24,000 nt of DNA from Pelagibius sp. (GTDB taxonomy: Bacteria > Pseudomonadota > Alphaproteobacteria > Kiloniellales > Kiloniellaceae), in assembly GCF_028289705.1 (NCBI RefSeq), contig NZ_JANQOI010000176.1, forward strand, positions 1 through 24,000, in the 5' to 3' direction. Positions within the stretch are counted from its first letter, which is position 1; every line of letters starts with the position of its first letter. This document shows, in pieces, positions 6,039-13,454 of this stretch. The notes beneath the pieces were generated by a model that searched no databases, was not told where the DNA came from, and saw nothing but the letters and a program-made list of their open reading frames with translations. The position numbers and the translations under genes were made by a program.

Positions 6039-7313
6039 ATGAGAATTGTCGCAGCGGTCTTGGGTGTTTGTCTGGCGGGGCTCCTCTGCCCCGCTGAAAC
6101 GCCTGCGCAGGAAACCGAGGTCGAGGTCCTGCGGCGCCAGGTCGAGCGGATGAGCAAGACCATCGAAACGCAAAATCGGGCCCTTCTGAACCTGGAAAGG
6201 CGCCTGCGCACCATTGAACAAGCGGCCCCGGCACCGCCGGCACCCACGCCGCCGGCTCAGCCGGCACCTCCCTTGGCGCCCGCGCCGCAGCAGCAGGATG
6301 CACCGCCTGCCCAGCCGCCGACGGCGGACGCCGAGGAAGAACCGGTAAAACGGGAAGCCGAGGCTCCCCGCTCGCTCGAGGTGGTCGCCGGCGAGGCTCA
6401 GGGCTTCTTCGGCGAACGCTTCACCATCGAGCCCTCCGTGACCTACACGCGGACCGACCGCTCGCAGATCGTGCTCAACGGCTTCCTGGCCCTCGACGCC
6501 ATCTTCCTGGGAAACATCAGCGTCGACGAGGTGGAGTCCGACATCGTGACTTTCGATATCACTGGGCGGATGGGGATCGGCGAAGACCTTCAGGTGGATG
6601 TCAACGTGCCCTACATCTACCGAATGTCGAACTTCATTTCCGGGGGAGCGGGCGGCGGCTCGGCGAGCCAGATCGAGAAGGCCATCAGCTCCGACAACCT
6701 CGGAGACATCAGCTTCGGCGCGAATTATCGCATCATCAACGAGACCGAGAACATACCGGACGTAGTGTTGAACCTGAGAGGCCGGGCGCCGACCGGCAAA
6801 CACCCCTTCGGCATCGAGGTGAGAGAGGTCGAGGGAAGCTCGGGGAACCTGACGGTTCCCGAGGAGCTGCCGACCGGCAACGGTGTCTGGCAGATATCCG
6901 GGGGCGCGTCGGTCCTGAAGACAATCGATCCGGCGCTGGTCTTCGCCAACTTCGACTATTTCTACAACTTCGAAAGGGATTTCAGCGATATCGGCTCTTC
7001 GCCCGGCGATCAGCCCGGCACGGTGGACGTCGGTGACTCCTTTCAGGTCGGCTTTGGCGTGGCTTACGCGCTGAACGAGGATTTCAGCCTCAGTCTCTCC
7101 TACTCGCAGCGCTGGTTCGAGGAGACGCGGACCAAGCTCGACGGTGGCGACTTTCAGGACGTCATCGGCAGCGACGCCAACGTGGCCCGGCTGAATACCG
7201 GCATGACCTACGCCCTCAACGACTACTTCACCCTCGTCACCAACGTCTCGGCCGGTCTGACGGAGGATGCGCCGGATGTGGAGGTGCGGGTGGGCTTCCC
7301 CATCAACTTCTGA
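6039..7313 (+). CDS. fapF: FapF-like outer-membrane amyloid secretion channel (coiled coil, Pro-rich linker, beta-barrel)
   Basis: ATG at 6039 with GAGGA 5 nt upstream (the track ORF starts at TTG 6027). Signal peptide RIVAAVLGVCLAGLLCPAETPA|QE. Heptad-like helix ETEVEVLRRQVERMSKTIETQNRALLNLERRLRTIEQ (6111-6221). Pro/Ala linker (6222-6344). The remainder shows alternating beta-strand patterns and ends VRVGFPINF with a terminal Phe, which is an OMP beta-signal. Confidence 0.8.
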   Translation: MRIVAAVLGVCLAGLLCPAETPAQETEVEVLRRQVERMSKTIETQNRALLNLERRLRTIEQAAPAPPAPTPPAQPAPPLAPAPQQQDAPPAQPPTADAEEEPVKREAEAPRSLEVVAGEAQGFFGERFTIEPSVTYTRTDRSQIVLNGFLALDAIFLGNISVDEVESDIVTFDITGRMGIGEDLQVDVNVPYIYRMSNFISGGAGGGSASQIEKAISSDNLGDISFGANYRIINETENIPDVVLNLRGRAPTGKHPFGIEVREVEGSSGNLTVPEELPTGNGVWQISGGASVLKTIDPALVFANFDYFYNFERDFSDIGSSPGDQPGTVDVGDSFQVGFGVAYALNEDFSLSLSYSQRWFEETRTKLDGGDFQDVIGSDANVARLNTGMTYALNDYFTLVTNVSAGLTEDAPDVEVRVGFPINF

Positions 7314-7342
7314 CGCCGGCGCCACCGCAGCCGATCCGACAG

Positions 7343-7360
7343 CCAAGCGGAACCGCTTGG
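7343..7360. terminator. Hairpin between convergent genes (the FapF-like gene and the response regulator gene)
   Basis: CCAAGCGG aa CCGCTTGG forms a perfect 8-nt inverted repeat. There is no U-tract on either strand, so terminator function is uncertain. Confidence 0.35.
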
Positions 7361-7378
7361 ACGTCAGTCGAAAACGCT

Positions 7379-7990
7379 CTAGGTGCCGATGCCCGCGGTC
7401 AGCGCAATGCGCACGAGATGGGCGAGGTTGCGGGCCTGCAGCTTTTCCATGACACGGGCCCGGTGGATTTCCACCGTCCGGGGGCTGATGCCCAGGTCAA
7501 AAGCGATCGACTTGTTGGACTGCCCGGCCACCAGTTGCTCCAGGACCTCCCGCTCGCGCGAGGTCAGGCGGGCGAAGCCACTGGGCAATGGCCTTTCCGC
7601 GCGGGCTGTTGAAGAGGTCTTCTTCCCGCGGAGAAGGGCACGCTCCACGCTCTCCAGCACCGTATCGCCGCTCAACGGTTTCTGGATGAAGTCCACCGCA
7701 CCCAACTGCATTGCACTGACAGCGCTGCGCACATCGCCCTTTCCGGTGATCATGATCACCGGCAGATCGTGGCGCCCATCCTTCAGCCGAGCCTGAACCT
7801 CCAGGCCGTTCAGGTCGGGCAGGTTGAGGTCAAGCAGCAGACAATCGCCAGAGGGCGCTCCTCCGCCGTCGAGCAGCGCCGTCCCGGATCCGTAGGTCTG
7901 CACCGCGAACCCGGCGGTTTCCAAAGTCATCCTCAAGGAGTCGAGAACTCCCTCGTCGTCATCGACCACAAGGACGGTCGACTTGCTCAT
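7379..7990 (-). CDS. FixJ/NarL-family response regulator (receiver domain plus LuxR-type HTH)
   Basis: The internal ATG at 7990 of track ORF 7379..8185 gives MSKSTVLVVDDDEGVL. Receiver motifs: DDD, LLLDLNLPD and FIQKP. The C-terminal LuxR HTH is LTSREREVLEQLVAGQSNKSIAFDLGISPRTVEIHRARVMEKL. Confidence 0.9.
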   Translation of the reverse strand: MSKSTVLVVDDDEGVLDSLRMTLETAGFAVQTYGSGTALLDGGGAPSGDCLLLDLNLPDLNGLEVQARLKDGRHDLPVIMITGKGDVRSAVSAMQLGAVDFIQKPLSGDTVLESVERALLRGKKTSSTARAERPLPSGFARLTSREREVLEQLVAGQSNKSIAFDLGISPRTVEIHRARVMEKLQARNLAHLVRIALTAGIGT

Positions 7991-8861
7991 CCATCGCCTC
8001 GCCTGTTGGAAGAAGGATATGGAAATCGGTCCCCTTACCCGGTTGTGAGCTTGCCGAAAGCCGTCCGCCATGCGCGGAGACGATGGCGTGGCAAATCGAC
8101 AGCCCGACCCCCATGCCGTCGGGCTTGTGACTGCGGATCGGCTTAAAGGTCCGCCTTGCGATCTGCGGAGGGAGGCCCGGTCCATTGTCAGAAATGATCA
8201 CTGCGACCAGATCATCGGCCTTCAGGTTGGTCCTTATGGCGATCGATCCGTTTTGACGGTCTCGCAGGGCTTCGATGCTGTTCCTGATCAGGTTGGCGAT
8301 GGCGAGCTGCACCTGGATTCTATCGATCTGCAGGAACGGCAAGGACCGGTCCAGCGCCAGTTCCAGCTTCACCGCATGCTCGCGCGCCATTGGGGACAGC
8401 TCGGCACTGCTCCGCTCGACGATGGCGTTGATGTCCTCGGCCGTGCGCTCCAGGTCCTCGTGATCCATGAGGGATCGCAGCCTGTGGAAGACCTGGGAGG
8501 CACGCGCAGATTCCTCGATCGCTTTCTCGATGCACTCGAGAGCTCTGTCGGGCACCTCCCCGCCGTGGGACACAAGGGTTGTGCGGCAGGCCTGAACGTA
8601 GTTGGCGATGGCGGACAGAGGTTGCGCCAACTCGTGCGCAAACACCGAAGCGGCATCAAGCTCCGCGGACCTGGCCTGCGCTCCAAGGCGGACTGCAGTG
8701 AAGTCCGCTAGCGCGCTGGAGCGCTCGTTGCGCTGCAGTGAGTAAGGCTCGCCGGAGGGTCGGGCTGATCCATTGGCCTTGCGGCGTGTGTCCGGCGGCG
8801 GGTGCGGTGGAACAGCCTGGCCACAGTCTTCCTCTGCGTATGGTCTGCGATCCATGCTCAT
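7959..8861 (-). CDS. Cytoplasmic histidine kinase (DHp plus HATPase) with no recognisable sensor or TM domain
   Basis: RBS GGGGGGAA lies upstream of the ATG at 8861. H-box FAHELAQPLSAI. N/G boxes LIRNSIEAL, DNGPGL and GMGVGLSI. Only about 75 low-complexity residues precede the H-box. The 3' end overlaps the response regulator start by 32 nt. Confidence 0.85.
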   Translation of the reverse strand: MSMDRRPYAEEDCGQAVPPHPPPDTRRKANGSARPSGEPYSLQRNERSSALADFTAVRLGAQARSAELDAASVFAHELAQPLSAIANYVQACRTTLVSHGGEVPDRALECIEKAIEESARASQVFHRLRSLMDHEDLERTAEDINAIVERSSAELSPMAREHAVKLELALDRSLPFLQIDRIQVQLAIANLIRNSIEALRDRQNGSIAIRTNLKADDLVAVIISDNGPGLPPQIARRTFKPIRSHKPDGMGVGLSICHAIVSAHGGRLSASSQPGKGTDFHILLPTGEAMDEQVDRPCGR

Positions 8862-9650
8862 CTTGAGTTCCCCCCTGTTGGGGTCCGAGACAAGACAGTT
8901 CTGGGCATGCAGTGCAGGGAAGCGACGTGGTGCGACCGGGCATCGCAGGGATCAGGTCAAAATACTGTCGCCATCTTCTTGCACGCCTCTCCCTCGGCCT
9001 GGCGCAGTCGTGGGAGCGTTTCGTTCGCTCGTCCGGGATTGCGCTATGCACCTGACCGTTGCTGCAAGATTCTGAAGCCGCCCGCCGGATTGGATTGCTG
9101 TTGCGCTCGTCCGAGCGGGCAAACCTCCCACTGAATCATCTATAACATTCAAGCAAGACGGACTGATGTCAGACGGGTTGGCTCTCCTCCGCTCTTTTGC
9201 GCCTTTGTGTACTCAGGGCGCCGGTTCAAATCGCGAAGCTGCGTCGACACTCACGTGTCAATCGTCCCGACCGTCCATGGCGCCGTCATGGGACCGCACC
9301 GACCGATTCGACAGGCTCGCCGTCAGAACCAGTTTCTCTGCCTCAAGGGGTATGGAACAGGAGACCTAAAAATTCAGCCGTACCCACCAATACAATCATG
9401 GTGAGAATTCGAACAATCTAAAGTACGCCTGTCAGTTAACCATATCACGCTGGCGAACTCAATCAGGGGGACAAGACAGACTCCTCAAAATCACTAGATC
9501 TCTGTGACAAATTGGTGGCCTGAGGTCGTTGAGGGCATTTAGGAGCGCTCCAAAGCGGGAGACGTCAGTCAAAGGCCTCAGACAGGCACGTCCCTGGCGC
9601 TCGCCGAGACCTTGAAACCCGGTATTCGATGGCCCACGACCGTATGCAAG

Positions 9651-9678
9651 GGCGGCATTCCTGAATGCGTCCGTTTTT
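9651..9678 (+). terminator. Terminator-like hairpin plus T5 inside the ORF-free spacer
   Basis: GGCGGCATTC ct GAATGCGTCC, where 8 of 10 arm positions pair around a 2-nt internal bubble, followed directly by GTTTTT (T-run 9674-9678). No annotated gene ends here. Confidence 0.35.
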
Positions 9679-10089
9679 GGAGCAGTCTATAAGCGATGCC
9701 AGTGATCCGAAAGGACCATTTCCCTATCAGTACCGCCAATGTCAAAGGTCAGCCGGGCGAGGCCCTCACCGTCCTCATCACTCGGCCGTTAAAGCGCAAT
9801 AGGTGGGTCTCTTGATCGAGATTGCGTCTTCAGGTTGTAGATCAATGGGGAAGTGGGGTGCCCGCGCTGGATCCTGAACGAATGCTGACCTGCCGCGGAG
9901 CCGCGGGAAGGCCGGCACGGCGATCCCGCCGCAACCGGCTATGCCATGGTCAGATGCCCCAACCGGCCCACGGAAGAGTGCGACGGTTCTCTCCCCCGCC
10001 GGCAGTGATTATAGTCCCCGGGAACGGGCGCGTGCCGCAGCGGCGCAGCTCTTGAAGACTCCACCCGAGGACCTGAAAGGCTCTCTGCA

Positions 10090-10848
10090 ATGGATCCTCT
10101 GTCCGATGCCGGCAAGACTCGGCGCCCCGGCGATCTGGGCTCTCCCCCGATGAAAGAGGCGGAGAGCCTCAGCGACTACGTCTACCGCGTTTTGAAGAAC
10201 GAGATCCTGTTGTGCCGGCTGGCGCCCGGTGCGGAAATCTCCGAGGCGCAGCTCGCCGAACGCTACGGATTCAGCAAGGCGCCGCTGCGCAGCGCGCTGA
10301 CCCGCCTGCGCCAGGAAAAGCTGGTGATGACCCGCGGACGCCTGGGCAACATCGTCGCCCCGATCACCGTTCAGGACGTCCACGAGGTCTTTCAGCTCCG
10401 TCTTCTGCTTGAGGTGGAGGCAACGCGTCTGGCGGCCGGACGGATCGAGCCCGAACGATTGAAGCGCCTGGACAAGCGTGTGCGCGAATGCCATGCGGCG
10501 CGCGGTCACGCGACGAGCGAGGCCTACCGCGAGGCCAACCTCGAGTTCCACCGCTACATCGTCGAGGCGTCGGGGAACAGCCGGTTGGCCGAGATGGTGA
10601 TCGCGCTCATCGAACAGCACGAGCGGATCGTCCACTTCAGCCTGACCCTGCACAAGCGGGACAACGAATTCCACCATGTCCACGACAATCTCGTCGAAGC
10701 CCTGTTGGCGGGTGAGGGCACGCGTGCCGCGGAGATCGCGCAGAAGGCCATACGCGGCAGTCAGGACAAGGTCATCGGCTCCTTCGCCTCCAATGCCTCG
10801 CAGCTCTACCTCTCCCCGGCGCCGAGCGCGGAGAGCCGAGAGAACTAG
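10090..10848 (+). CDS. GntR-family transcriptional regulator (FadR/FCD-type C-terminal domain)
   Basis: Winged-helix region VYRVLKNEILLCRLAPGAEISEAQLAERYGFSKAPLRSALTRLRQEKLV, followed by an all-helical C-terminal domain (FQLRLLLEVEATRLAA...NLEFHRYIVEASGN). ATG at 10150 is an alternative start. Confidence 0.85.
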   Translation: MDPLSDAGKTRRPGDLGSPPMKEAESLSDYVYRVLKNEILLCRLAPGAEISEAQLAERYGFSKAPLRSALTRLRQEKLVMTRGRLGNIVAPITVQDVHEVFQLRLLLEVEATRLAAGRIEPERLKRLDKRVRECHAARGHATSEAYREANLEFHRYIVEASGNSRLAEMVIALIEQHERIVHFSLTLHKRDNEFHHVHDNLVEALLAGEGTRAAEIAQKAIRGSQDKVIGSFASNASQLYLSPAPSAESREN

Positions 10849-11666
10849 CCCGCCGCTGCTGCGGCGAAGTGCTGCTTTGGAAAGTCGCTGTAGGCGGCGA
10901 CCTTGTGGCGGACGTCCAGGTCGTGGAAGACCGTGCCGCGGGGCGCGATCCGCCAGGTCCAGCTCTCCTCGAAGGGCGGCAGCACGAGTCCGCCCAGGAT
11001 GTTCTTTCGGCAGAGCGTGCCGTCGCTCCCCTGTTCCTCGCGCTTATAGTCCGTGATCAGGGCGACCCGCCCGGCAAAGCGCGCAAGCCAGCGAAGATGG
11101 GTCTCGACGATCTGCCGCTCGAACCGCTCCAGGTCGTCGCGCGGCAAGGAGGGCCGTTTGGCGCGCAGGTAACTGCAGGGAATGAACGCCAACTGCGAGA
11201 GCAGGTTCACCGAGGCGACAAGATCGATGTCCTGATCGAGAAAGTGGTCCGGATTGCCGTGCGGCAGGGCGCCGCGGCGGCCCTTTCGCACGTAGTCGAA
11301 GACCGGTCTGGCGATGTCGGTGATGTCGACCTGGACCAGTTCGACGTTGCCGTAGCCGCGGGCTTGTTTGCGGGTATGCCTCGGATGGACGATATCGGCG
11401 AGGATCACCCGCTCGAAGGAGCGGCTGAGGTGGGCCAGGGGCACGTCCAGCAACAGGCCGGAGCCGACGAGAAGGACAGTCTTGCGGCGCGCGCAAGCTT
11501 GCGCAGCCGTCTCGATCACCTGCTTGGTCGCCTCCAGGTGGGGGTGCCACGACTCCCGGCACTGCGCCGCGCGGCCGGCGATCCCGGAGATTTCCCGCCG
11601 ATAGCCCATAGGCGCCAAATGCCAGGCAGCGGCCCCCGCGAAGGGCCCTAGCAGCTGCCTGAGCAT
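10845..11666 (-). CDS. Conserved hypothetical protein with a Rossmann / class I methyltransferase-like pattern
   Basis: Full-length ORF with high third-position GC. Beta-strand/Gly-loop pattern KTVLLVGSGLLLDVP, then VILADIV, VQVDIT and DLVASVNLLSQL, resembling SAM-MTase motifs I-IV. The function is not recognised. Its 3' end overlaps the convergent GntR gene by 4 nt. Confidence 0.5.
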   Translation of the reverse strand: MLRQLLGPFAGAAAWHLAPMGYRREISGIAGRAAQCRESWHPHLEATKQVIETAAQACARRKTVLLVGSGLLLDVPLAHLSRSFERVILADIVHPRHTRKQARGYGNVELVQVDITDIARPVFDYVRKGRRGALPHGNPDHFLDQDIDLVASVNLLSQLAFIPCSYLRAKRPSLPRDDLERFERQIVETHLRWLARFAGRVALITDYKREEQGSDGTLCRKNILGGLVLPPFEESWTWRIAPRGTVFHDLDVRHKVAAYSDFPKQHFAAAAAG

Positions 11667-11681
11667 GGCTCAGCCGTCTCT

Positions 11682-11716
11682 TGACATGTCACACGACATT
11701 TTATAGAACATGTCAC
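11682..11716. promoter_or_regulatory. Palindrome-rich candidate operator overlapping a sigma70-like promoter of the DUF1007/NicO operon
   Basis: TTGACA (11681-11686) and TATAGA (11702-11707) with a 15-nt spacer. Perfect 10-bp palindrome TGACATGTCA (11682-11691). ACATGTCAC occurs twice (11684-11692 and 11708-11716). GACATTTTATAGAACATGTC (11695-11714) is a 20-bp imperfect palindrome that matches its own reverse complement at 16 of 20 positions. Confidence 0.5.
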
Positions 11717-11728
11717 GAGGAAATGCAA

Positions 11729-12397
11729 ATGGTCTTGTCATCACCAGCAAAGCGGAGATCCGGCCGCCCGCGCTTGCTTTGTTGCGGGGCTGGGCTGGCG
11801 GGCGCGTGGAGAATTCCGAGGGTGTGGCCGGCGGTGTTCTTATGCCTCGCTCTGGCCTTCGCTGCGCCGGCGGCTCAGGCGAATCCCGACATCTGGGTCA
11901 AGTCGAAGATCATCTACCGCCTGCAGAACGAGTCGGTTGTTGGGCTGGCGCTGGAGTGGCAGTTCGACCGCTACTTCAGCTCCCGCACCATCGACACCGT
12001 CGATGCGGACGGCGACGGCGTCTTCAGCGAAAGCGAGGCCGCGCGCCTGAGGCAGGAGATCTTCGATCCCCTGTCCGAGAGTCACTATCACCTTCACGTT
12101 CTCTCCGACGGTGCACCGCGGGACTTCTCGGTCGCCACCTTCGAACCCGGCATAGAGAACGAGCGTCTGCTCTTTCGCTTCGCCGTCGAGTTCGGCCCGC
12201 CGGTCCCCTACACGCGCGAAGCGCTGGTGGTCAGCCAGTTCGATGAGCGGATCGTCTTCGACTTCGCGTTCATGGAGCAGGGTTTCCTGCTGGTCGAGGG
12301 CCCCCTGGCGGCCGGCTGCAAGTTTCGCATTGGCCGGGGCAAGGGGCCGTTGAAGGGGCACGACAAGACCATCGCTTTGATTTGTGAGGACCAGTGA
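11729..12397 (+). CDS. DUF1007-family periplasmic protein (partner of NicO-type metal transporters)
   Basis: ATG at 11729 lies 7 nt after GAGGAA (the track ORF starts at TTG 11681, inside the promoter-like sequence). Signal peptide VWPAVFLCLALAFAAPAAQA|NPD. The mature N-terminus NPDIWVKSKIIYRL...LALEWQFDRYFS is as I remember DUF1007. It is translationally coupled (TGATG) to the transporter gene. Confidence 0.65.
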   Translation: MVLSSPAKRRSGRPRLLCCGAGLAGAWRIPRVWPAVFLCLALAFAAPAAQANPDIWVKSKIIYRLQNESVVGLALEWQFDRYFSSRTIDTVDADGDGVFSESEAARLRQEIFDPLSESHYHLHVLSDGAPRDFSVATFEPGIENERLLFRFAVEFGPPVPYTREALVVSQFDERIVFDFAFMEQGFLLVEGPLAAGCKFRIGRGKGPLKGHDKTIALICEDQ

Positions 12398-13431
12398 TGA
12401 AACGCCTGCCGCTGAACCTAAGCCGCTCTCTCGGTTTCTGCCTGTCTCTGGCGATGGCCCTTGTCGCCGCCGCCGCCCTGGCGAGCGCTCCGCTGGCCCA
12501 GGAGAGCGGTCAGTCCGGCACCGGCACGGCGACGGCGCCGATGATCGAATTCGCCGAGGACGACCGCGGCCTCTGGGAGCGTTGGACCCAGTTCATCATC
12601 GAATTCCAGCGCCAGGCGAACGCCGAGGTCGCCGAACACATGAATGCCGTGAACAGCGGCGAAGACCTCAGTGCCTTCTTCCTGGGGCTGGGAATCGCCT
12701 TCCTCTACGGCATCTTCCATGCCTTCGGGCCGGGGCACGGCAAGTTCATCATCGTTTCCTATTTCCTCGGCCGGGAGGTGCAGGTCGGCCGCGGCGTGCT
12801 GATGGCGGTGCAGGTCGCCATCGTCCATGTCATCGCCGCCATCGTGATCGTCTGGCTGGCCGACACAGTCCTGAAGGTCGGCTTCGGTGTCGGCCTGGCG
12901 GAGATCCCCGGGGTGCGGGCCGGCAGTTTCCTGATCATTGCCGCGATCGGTCTTTACATGCTCTTCCAGGCCTTCCGCGCCGCGCTCGGCTACGTCGATC
13001 TCAGCGAACTGGGCCATAGCCACAGTCACGGGCACAGCCACGGGCATAGCCATGGGCATGCCCACTCTCATGGCCACGGGGGTGGTCAGAAGGCGAGCAA
13101 GCTGGAGGGTGGGCTCATGGCCTTCGCCGCGGGTGTCGTGCCTTGTCCCGGCGCCGTGCTCATCATGCTCTATGCCGTGGCCAACGACATGATCTATCCC
13201 GGCTTCATTCTGGTCGCCGCCATGTCGGCGGGCATCGGGCTGACCATCTGTACCCTCGGCGTCGGCGCCATCGTCGCCCGCAAGACCGCCGTGAAACTGG
13301 TGGAAGGCGCCGGCGGAGGGGCGGGTGGCGTCGCGCTGTTGCGCCACTCCATGAACTTCGGCGGGGCCATCGTCGTGACCGTGATCGGCCTCGTCTCCTT
13401 CGTCGCCTTCCTGGACATCCCCCTGGGCTAG
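12397..13431 (+). CDS. NicO/RcnA-like nickel/cobalt transporter family membrane protein with a His-rich loop
   Basis: ATG at 12397 overlaps the upstream stop, with GAGGA 6 nt upstream. It has multiple TM segments and the signature HAFGPGHGK. The cytoplasmic-type His-rich loop is HSHSHGHSHGHSHGHAHSHGH (13015-13077). Confidence 0.75.
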   Translation: MKRLPLNLSRSLGFCLSLAMALVAAAALASAPLAQESGQSGTGTATAPMIEFAEDDRGLWERWTQFIIEFQRQANAEVAEHMNAVNSGEDLSAFFLGLGIAFLYGIFHAFGPGHGKFIIVSYFLGREVQVGRGVLMAVQVAIVHVIAAIVIVWLADTVLKVGFGVGLAEIPGVRAGSFLIIAAIGLYMLFQAFRAALGYVDLSELGHSHSHGHSHGHSHGHAHSHGHGGGQKASKLEGGLMAFAAGVVPCPGAVLIMLYAVANDMIYPGFILVAAMSAGIGLTICTLGVGAIVARKTAVKLVEGAGGGAGGVALLRHSMNFGGAIVVTVIGLVSFVAFLDIPLG

Positions 13432-13454
13432 AACACTCCCCGACCCGGGCTGCC

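Noticed and set aside
5913-7346. 477-aa minus-strand ORF covering the whole FapF-like gene
   Set aside because: The translation is Arg/Gly/Pro/His/Asp-rich with no motifs. The opposite strand encodes a protein with a signal peptide, coiled coil, linker and a beta-barrel ending in Phe. This is a typical antisense shadow ORF in high-GC DNA.
9223-9232. GGTTCAAATC, resembling a tRNA T-loop, as a possible tRNA fragment or integration att site
   Set aside because: The flanking 5-nt segments (GCCGG / CGCGA) do not pair as a T-stem. No acceptor stem or anticodon arm can be drawn, no second copy lies in the window, and no integrase gene is nearby.
10009-11651. ORFs 10009..10683 (minus, 224 aa) and 10869..11651 (plus, 260 aa)
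   Set aside because: They are antisense to the GntR regulator (clear winged-helix motif) and to the 10845..11666 gene respectively. Their composition is dominated by Arg, Gly, Asp, Ala and Gln runs with no motifs.
13015-13077. CAY-RGY codon repeat encoding the His-rich loop, considered as a slipped-strand or phase-variable microsatellite
   Set aside because: The codons are heterogeneous (cat/cac, agc/agt/tct, ggg/ggc, gcc), so there is no perfect nucleotide tandem repeat long enough for efficient slippage. A metal-binding loop explains it better.
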